Assembly: GCA_046538155.1 (NCBI GenBank) | Contig: JBKHJL010000028.1 | Span: 1-14,379, forward strand | Reading direction: 5' to 3' | Length of the DNA stretch: 14,379 nucleotides | Source: Candidatus Micrarchaeia archaeon | GTDB lineage: Archaea; Micrarchaeota; Micrarchaeia; Anstonellales; Bilamarchaeaceae | Shown: positions 7,322 through 12,907 of the stretch, in pieces | Layout of the letters: the number at the start of each line of letters is the position of its first letter | Position numbering within the stretch: position 1 is the first letter of the stretch | Position numbers and translations under genes: made by a program | The notes under the pieces: generated by a model | The model's input: only the letters and a program-made list of their open reading frames with translations | The model's database searches: none | Told to the model about the DNA's origin: nothing

Positions 7322-8857
7322 ATGCGCCGGGAAGCCGCCGAATATGCCATTTCTGAATTGCTTAAAGGAAGGAGAGACCTGCACAGGATAAAGCAGGAGG
7401 CATCAAAAAAATTCCACCTTTCAAACTTCCTAAAGAACTCTGAGATTCTGGCAGCCCTTCCTCCGGATGCGCCAGAAGGACTCAGGAACATGCTGGTAAA
7501 ACGGCCCATGAGAACCCGCTCAGGAGTAACCCCTGTTGCCCTGATGATAAAGCCCGAAGGATCCTGTCCCCACTCCTGCATTTACTGCCCATATACCGGG
7601 AAGGCTGCAAAAAGCTATACCGGGGAGGAGCCTGCAGCACTCAGGGCAAGGCAGTTTGGGTTTGACCCATTTATGCAGGTGGAGGGGAGGCTGAAGCACT
7701 TTAAGGAAACCGGCCACCCCACGGATAAGTGCGAGGCGATTCTCATGGGCGGCACATTCCTTTCAATGCCCCGCCCCTACCGCAGGGATTTCATAAAGAG
7801 GATGTACGACGGGTTTAACGGAAAGGAATCAGAGAACATTCCACATGCACAGGAAATAAATGAAAATTCCGAAAACAGGGTGATAGGCCTCACGATTGAA
7901 ACCCGCCCGGATGTCTGCACCAGGCAGCACATCGATGAAATGCTTGAGTATGGGGCAACCCGGGTGGAGCTGGGGGTGCAGAACCCGGACGACAGCATTT
8001 ACAGGAAAATAAACCGGGGGCACACAGTAAAGGATGTTGAAGATGCAACCCGGCTTCTCAAGGATTCCTGCTTCAAAGTAGCATACCACCTGATGCCCGG
8101 GCTGCCCGGTTCTTCCCCTGAAAAAGACAGGGAGATGGTAAAGAAGGTTTTCAGCGACTCCCGCTTCAGACCGGACATGCTGAAGATATACCCTACACTG
8201 GTTATGGAGAATACACCACTATACAGGATGATGCAGGATGGGGAGTACACACCTTATGATGCAGAGCAGGCAGCAGAAACTATTTCCGAGTTTTACCACC
8301 ATATTCCCCCCTGGGTGAGGGTGATGCGGATACAGCGGGATATCCCGACCGGGCTTATTGAAGGAGGGGTGGAAAAAAGCAACCTCAGGGAATTTGTTGA
8401 AAGGGCTATAAAGCAAAAAGGAATACGCTCAGAGGAGATAAGGGCAAGGGAAATAGGCGGGAAGGAATTTTCCCCGGAAGATGCAGAAATTGTGCGCAGG
8501 GATTATGATGCTTCAGGGGGAAAGGAAATATTCTTGTCTTATGAAACAGAAGGGAACCTTGTAGGATTCCTTCGCCTGAGGATGCCCGGCTCACCATTCC
8601 GCAGGGAGATAACCAGGACTACTGCGCTGGTCAGGGAACTCCATGTATACGGCTCTGAATCAAGGATTGGGGAGAGGGGAAAGGCTGCCCAGCACCGCTC
8701 ATTCGGCTCCCTGCTGCTACAAAACGCAGAAAAGATTGCAGCTGAAGAATTCGGAAAAAAGGAGATGGTAATAATAAGCGGGGTGGGGGCAAGGAACTAT
8801 TATTTCAAAAGAGGCTACAGTCGCAAAGGCCCTTATGTCTGGAAAAAACTCAAATAG
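7322..8857 (+). CDS. elp3: Elp3 tRNA uridine(34) acetyltransferase (radical SAM + GNAT/KAT domains)
   Basis: RTRSGVTPVA, CPHSCIYCP (CX3CX2C), SYTGEEPA, MGGTF, TIETRPD, ELGVQ, RGH, HLMPGLPG, KIYPTLV, RIQRDIP, RELHVYG, QHRSFG, ISGVGARNYYFKRGY. Confidence 0.97.
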   Translation: MRREAAEYAISELLKGRRDLHRIKQEASKKFHLSNFLKNSEILAALPPDAPEGLRNMLVKRPMRTRSGVTPVALMIKPEGSCPHSCIYCPYTGKAAKSYTGEEPAALRARQFGFDPFMQVEGRLKHFKETGHPTDKCEAILMGGTFLSMPRPYRRDFIKRMYDGFNGKESENIPHAQEINENSENRVIGLTIETRPDVCTRQHIDEMLEYGATRVELGVQNPDDSIYRKINRGHTVKDVEDATRLLKDSCFKVAYHLMPGLPGSSPEKDREMVKKVFSDSRFRPDMLKIYPTLVMENTPLYRMMQDGEYTPYDAEQAAETISEFYHHIPPWVRVMRIQRDIPTGLIEGGVEKSNLREFVERAIKQKGIRSEEIRAREIGGKEFSPEDAEIVRRDYDASGGKEIFLSYETEGNLVGFLRLRMPGSPFRREITRTTALVRELHVYGSESRIGERGKAAQHRSFGSLLLQNAEKIAAEEFGKKEMVIISGVGARNYYFKRGYSRKGPYVWKKLK

Positions 8858-9674
8858 AGAGGGAGAGGTCTTCCTCTTCCTTTCCAATTACTTCCTTCCT
8901 GTTCTTCAGCAGTTCCATGTACTTTGCCTGCAGTTCCTGGAATTCCCTCTGCTGCTCATCATTGAATGTTATGGCCTGCAGTTCTGCATTTTTTACCTGC
9001 AGTTTTACACTGACTGATGCAAGCAGCTTTTCGTTTTCTGTAAATGAATCGAGCTTTTCCTCAGGAACCCAAAAATACTCATTGTTCACCACCACTCTCC
9101 TCTCATTGTGGTCTTCCGAGCTTTTCACCAGCTTCCCCTCAGAGTGTTTGCACCTTATCCCAACCCGGTTCAGGAGCTTCACAATCCTGCCGATATTTTC
9201 TCCCGTGAGCTCTTCTCCGTCCGGCTCCCCATTGTATATTGCATTCCTCAGGGATTTGCCTGTCTCCTCTCTGGAATTTGAAATAAGTATGTTAAGCTTC
9301 CCTATCTCATTTTTGTTCTCAATATTTCTCTTCATCAGCTTTCCCCTTTCCGAGAGATAGCTGTAAATATCTCCGCTCTTGTTCCCGATTGCTTCCTGCA
9401 CTTCCTCCTTCGGGAGCCGCGAAATGAGCTCGCTGTATTCCTCAATCAGTTTCTGGTTCGGGACCACAAGCTTCAGGTTTTTCGCCTCCATCTTTCCTTC
9501 AATTATCTTTATTTTGGCCCGGTTTTCCCGGAGCTCTTCCTCAAGGTCATAAATCAGGGTTGAATGGTCTCCTGCAGTATTCTGGATATAATTAAGCTTA
9601 TACTCCTGTTCTGCCACTTTCTTCTTTAGTTCAATGTATGCTCCTATTTCACGTGCAGTAATACTGTTCTCCAT
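8850..9674 (-). CDS. Hypothetical coiled-coil protein (274 aa)
   Basis: E/K-rich heptad-like N- and C-terminal helices. GTGA SD-like motif before the ATG; starts 9 nt after the protease stop, so probably co-transcribed. Overlaps the elp3 3' end by 8 nt. Confidence 0.85.
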   Translation of the reverse strand: MENSITAREIGAYIELKKKVAEQEYKLNYIQNTAGDHSTLIYDLEEELRENRAKIKIIEGKMEAKNLKLVVPNQKLIEEYSELISRLPKEEVQEAIGNKSGDIYSYLSERGKLMKRNIENKNEIGKLNILISNSREETGKSLRNAIYNGEPDGEELTGENIGRIVKLLNRVGIRCKHSEGKLVKSSEDHNERRVVVNNEYFWVPEEKLDSFTENEKLLASVSVKLQVKNAELQAITFNDEQQREFQELQAKYMELLKNRKEVIGKEEEDLSLSI

Positions 9675-9683
9675 TTAATCACA

Positions 9684-11357
9684 CTACTTCTTCTTCACAA
9701 GATTTTTTATAAAGAACGGTAAAACGAGAAACAGATATCCCCCTGCACAAACAGGCTCAGGACACTCGGGGCAGACACATTCCGGCTCTTCCTCCGCAGT
9801 TGCATTTGCTTCCTGCCCCGGAAGCTCTACAACAATTCCCGGTTCTTTTTTATTTTCTTCAATTGCCCGGGCTATGCTTTCCATCTCCCTTGCAAAAACC
9901 GCAACCCCGTAAGCGCTTCCCACATCCCCTGTTTCCAGCAGGTACTGGGAATGGGCCTTGAATACATTTCCCCAGAGGGATTCCCTTTCCCCCTCATTTA
10001 TTTCATTCACATTGCTTTCATTCGCACCTGCAATAAGGGCCAGGTTTTTGTTTTCAAAGGAGAGGGCATAGACCAGTTCATAAACTGCACCTGCATAAGC
10101 ACCATCTTCGTAAAGTTCCATCCCGTTCCTGTAGTTTTCGGAATTTTCAATTTCAGAATAGTTCCCGCTTATGTTTATGAGGGTGTCTGCATGCCCCCTA
10201 AGCACCCTTTCATCCATGGGGATTCCACCTGTTTCTCTTGCTATTCCGTACATGTCCTTTGCAGCCTGGCACCAGGCAAGGGCATAGTCAAGCTGGTAAA
10301 CAGCAAAATACCTTTCCTCCTTAGTTCCCCCGCCCAGGTCACCATATGTTTCCAGCTGGTTCTCTGCCCGCTTGATTCTCGCTTCCGCACCCATGAACCA
10401 TTCACTGTTTTCATATGTAAGAATGGGCCGCTCCACGCTTTCCAGGCAGCCCGAAACCTCTTCCTTTTTTCCTTCCACATCCGGGTTGTCCACCTGGAGT
10501 ATGGAATCCGCGAGTATGTAGTTCAGGAAAGCATCATTTGCTGCAGAATAATAATACCCCATCTCTATAAGCTCTTTCTGCTGGCCAGTCTTTTCAAGGA
10601 GGTATTCCCTGAGCTGCTCGTCCTCAATTCCCCTCACTGCTTCATCTTCCCTTTCTATTATGCCTTCGGAAACCCGGCGGAAACCCGGAGTATCCTTCCC
10701 CCCATAGGGGGCGAGCTCCGGAAGCGGCTTCACCGTAAGGTTAAGGGGCTTAGTTTCAGGAATTCTTCCTTCAAGGAGGAAGTCCAGGGCTTCCTCCACA
10801 TCCCTGACCTCGTAAACGGTTATTCCATCCACACTTTCAAGCATCATTTTCTCTTCAAAGCTCTGCACCGGGGTAAGGAAATATTCTTTTCCCGCACTCC
10901 TTGCAGTGAGCACTTTCTCATAAACCCCCCCCACCGGCATCACAATTCCCTCTTTATTCACTGCCCCGGTTATTGCCACATCATCCCTCATCTCCTCTCC
11001 GGTAAGCAGGAAATAGGCAAGTATGGAGAACGCTGCGCCCCCTGAAGGGCCCTGCACATATTCGCTTTCGTCATCTATCCTGAGCAGCACATCGCATTCT
11101 GCCTCTTCACCGGCAAGGGATTCGGCTACGGTAAGCGCAGTGTCCAGGCTCTCCTGCAGGCTGTAATCTGTTGGGGGAACTGTCCCTACATAGATATCCC
11201 CTTCCCCCTCAACAATCCACATCCTCACCAGCACAAGCTCTCCGGTGTGCTCTTCCCCCTCGCTTACTGCGGGCAACTCCATCTCCGCAGTCCCCTCACA
11301 GGCTGCAGCATATGCAAGTGAGGATAACAGTGCAAACAATAGAAACAGTTTTTTCAT
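9684..11357 (-). CDS. Secreted Lon-like S16 serine protease without an AAA+ domain (archaeal COG1750-like), C-terminally anchored
   Basis: Signal peptide MKKLFLLFALLSSLAYA (start moved from 11375 to ATG 11357). Lon protease motifs VQGPSGGAA (catalytic Ser), AITGAV and PVGGVYEK (catalytic Lys). Long helical C-terminal half; ends CAGGYLFLVLPFFIKNLVKKK. Confidence 0.9.
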   Translation of the reverse strand: MKKLFLLFALLSSLAYAAACEGTAEMELPAVSEGEEHTGELVLVRMWIVEGEGDIYVGTVPPTDYSLQESLDTALTVAESLAGEEAECDVLLRIDDESEYVQGPSGGAAFSILAYFLLTGEEMRDDVAITGAVNKEGIVMPVGGVYEKVLTARSAGKEYFLTPVQSFEEKMMLESVDGITVYEVRDVEEALDFLLEGRIPETKPLNLTVKPLPELAPYGGKDTPGFRRVSEGIIEREDEAVRGIEDEQLREYLLEKTGQQKELIEMGYYYSAANDAFLNYILADSILQVDNPDVEGKKEEVSGCLESVERPILTYENSEWFMGAEARIKRAENQLETYGDLGGGTKEERYFAVYQLDYALAWCQAAKDMYGIARETGGIPMDERVLRGHADTLINISGNYSEIENSENYRNGMELYEDGAYAGAVYELVYALSFENKNLALIAGANESNVNEINEGERESLWGNVFKAHSQYLLETGDVGSAYGVAVFAREMESIARAIEENKKEPGIVVELPGQEANATAEEEPECVCPECPEPVCAGGYLFLVLPFFIKNLVKKK

Positions 11358-11427
11358 TGCTGGGAATTCTCCCACCTTGTTTTTAATAATATTGGAGAGG
11401 CGGCATTCAGACCAGCTTTTGACAAAT

Positions 11428-11498
11428 TGCGACCGCCGGGATTTGAACCCGGGCCATTGGCTTGGGAAGCCAAGATCCTGCCACTAGACTACGGTCGC
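11428..11498 (-). tRNA. tRNA-Gly(CCC), intronless, no encoded CCA
   Basis: Reverse complement folds as a cloverleaf: acceptor GCGACCG/CGGTCGC, D-arm GTCTAGTGGCAGGAT, anticodon arm TTGGC-TTCCCAA-GCCAA, T-arm CCGGG-TTCAAAT-CCCGG, discriminator A. Confidence 0.97.
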
Positions 11499-11556
11499 TG
11501 GCCGAACAATATTTAATGGCCGTTGGTTTTTATTTTTGTCGCTTTTGAAATTGCAG

Positions 11557-11933
11557 TTACTTTACTTCAAAAAGCATTGTTGAGATACAACCAAGAAAAA
11601 ATCTTTTTCTTTTTATCAAACAAAGCCCGTTTTCTCTGCAAATCTCCATGAGCTCCCTTTCTGTAAGATCGGTGTGCTCTCCCAACCCCCATTTCCCTAC
11701 ACTGTGGGTCCATGCCCCCCAAATAACCCTCCAGTGCCAAAGCTCCGGCCGGGGTATGCTGAGGAGCACCTGTCCGTTTTTTCCTACAAGCTTTGCTGCT
11801 TTTTTATCAATTTTTCCGGGTTTTTATTGTGTTCCAGAACTTCCAGTGCAACAACCAAATCTACCGGAGCAAACTCCAGTCTACTAAAATCCCCGTGCTT
11901 GATTTCTGCCCCCGGGCAGGCGTTTTTTGTTAT
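11557..11933 (-). pseudogene. Class I SAM-dependent methyltransferase, 3' fragment (frameshifted)
   Basis: Reads ITKNACPGAEIKHGDFSRLEFAPVDLVVALEVLEHNKNPEKLIK, then shifts frame in the T6 run at 11800-11805 and continues AAKLVGKNGQVLLSIPRPE...FEVK to the stop at 11557. D-x-V-x-x-x-EVLEH and G-x-x-L-L-S-x-P are class I MTase motifs. Confidence 0.88.
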
Positions 11934-11939
11934 TGTTTT

Positions 11940-11985
11940 TGTCCCGAGAATACTGCCGGCTTCAGCCGAGCAGCTGAATCGGGCA
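11940..11985 (+). repeat. IS left-end two-tier hairpin
   Basis: Inner stem CTGCCGGC-TTCA-GCCG(A)GCAG (11953-11973) preceded by GAATA. Outer stem TG(T)CCCGA / TCGGGCA. Confidence 0.85.
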
Positions 11986-12019
11986 TAAATTTCTAATTCG
12001 TTAAAGACTACTTTTGCTT

Positions 12020-12078
12020 GGGCAGCGGCAGTGCCGCCTTCGGCGGCACGTTAGTACAAACCAAGAGTTCCGCTGCCC
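12020..12078 (+). promoter_or_regulatory. Structured leader upstream of tnpA (nested inverted repeats)
   Basis: GGGCAGCGG (12020-12028) is the perfect reverse complement of CCGCTGCCC (12070-12078) and encloses the perfect hairpin GTGCCGCC-TTC-GGCGGCAC (12031-12049). Confidence 0.65.
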
Positions 12079-12091
12079 GGAATGTGTCGTT

Positions 12092-12544
12092 ATGGCTGGT
12101 GGAATCTAGGATTTAAGAAGGAATCTGTACCACCTTGTTTTTGTTTCGAAGTGCAGGTTCAAGGTTTTCAGGAACGAGCGCACGGTGAACGCGTGCGAAA
12201 CCGCGTTTGCCGATGTGGAAACTAGGTACGGGATTAAAATACAGGAGCTGGAATTCCAGGGAGACCATGTGCACATGATGGTGCACATCCCGGCAAAATA
12301 CGCGGTTTCCTACGCCGTGCAGCTGCTTAAGGGCAGCTCTGCACGGAATGTGTTTTCAGCTGTCCCGAACCTGAGAAAGCGATACCCGGGGGGCTCATTC
12401 TGGAGCAGGTTCAAGTATTGCGGGACGGTTGGCCCAATGACCGACAGGACCGTGAAAGAATACATCCACGCGCAGGATGTGCATCATGAGAAGTTGATAA
12501 ACCCCGAAGCAGGGCAGAAGCAGCTTACCGAATTCCTTAACTGA
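12092..12544 (+). pseudogene. tnpA: IS200/IS605 Y1 transposase TnpA with an in-frame TAG at codon 6
   Basis: ATG 12092: MAGGI*DLRRNLYHLVFVSKCRFKVF..., HUH motif DHVHM, LKGSSAR, FWSR, catalytic Tyr helix TVKEYIHAQ. The ORF-track start (GTG 12185) omits the conserved YHLVF...K-x-R strand. Confidence 0.88.
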
Positions 12545-12585
12545 GCGGGCGGAATACTGCGGGCTTCAGCCCGCAGATAGCCCGC
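12545..12585 (+). repeat. IS right-end two-tier hairpin
   Basis: Inner perfect stem CTGCGGGC-TTCA-GCCCGCAG (12557-12576) preceded by GAATA. Outer stem GCGGGC (12545-12550) / GCCCGC (12580-12585). Confidence 0.88.
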
Positions 12586-12618
12586 GAACAAACTTCAGGT
12601 TTTAGCGAATGCCTTTAT

Positions 12619-12858
12619 CTTTATTGAATTCAGATCAGTATCGCACCCATATAGTTTTGATTTTGGAAATTTCTCCGAAAGCATCCTGAGGAAATAGCCT
12701 TCTTCGCATCCAACCTCAAGTATCCTGCCAGGATTAGTGTCTTTAATCAGGGAAAGGGCGATTTTATGCCTACCATCTCTAAATTTTGCCGAAACAGGAT
12801 TTTTTCCGTGCACAGGAATGATTTGTTAAGAAATCTTAAAATGTGTTGGTTTTGGCAT
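12619..12858 (-). pseudogene. Class I SAM-dependent methyltransferase, 5' fragment (in-frame stop)
   Basis: ATG 12858: MPKPTHFKIS*QIIPVHGKNP...GRILEVGCEEGYFLRMLSEKFPKSKLYGCDTDLNSIK. TAA at 12826-12828; motif I (ILEVGCEEG) and the following acidic strand (LYGCD) are present. Confidence 0.85.
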
Positions 12859-12876
12859 GCAGGGACTATGCCAGGC

Positions 12877-12882
12877 TTTAAA
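12877..12882. promoter_or_regulatory. Putative TATA box (TTTAAA, palindromic) in a 49-bp divergent spacer
   Basis: 25 nt before ATG 12908 (+) and 18 nt from ATG 12858 (-). Confidence 0.5.
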
Positions 12883-12907
12883 CATTTCCCTGTTAATCCA
12901 AGTATTG

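Larger units (their letters stand above)
11934..12618 (+). mobile_element. IS200/IS605-family insertion sequence, tnpA-only (IS200 group), about 685 bp
   Basis: Y1 HUH transposase flanked by similar subterminal hairpins. Inserted 3' of TTAT (11930-11933) and ends in TTAT (12615-12618). Removing it restores the methyltransferase frame (GCDTDLNSIK|ITKNACP). The right boundary could also be 12603 or 12624, which both keep the frame. Confidence 0.88.

Noticed and set aside
9951..11045. 364-aa + strand ORF
   Set aside because: Fully antisense to the S16 protease, which carries clear catalytic motifs; F/I/H/P-rich shadow composition.
7322..11498. Functional link between Elp3 and the nearby tRNA-Gly
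   Set aside because: Elp3 modifies wobble U34, whereas this tRNA has C34 (CCC anticodon).
11428..11498. tRNA as the attachment site of an integrated element
   Set aside because: No duplicated tRNA fragment or integrase found in the window, and the accessory genes lie on the tRNA's 5' side.
11948..12576. CRISPR-like repeats or TnpB/omega-RNA system
   Set aside because: Only two hairpin copies about 600 bp apart, explained as IS ends. No spacer array, cas genes or tnpB are present.
12107..12828. Genome-wide stop-codon reassignment suggested by in-frame TAG and TAA
   Set aside because: TAA, TAG and TGA all terminate intact genes here (for example 2946, 8857, 988), and the internal stops occur only in the decayed IS/methyltransferase locus.
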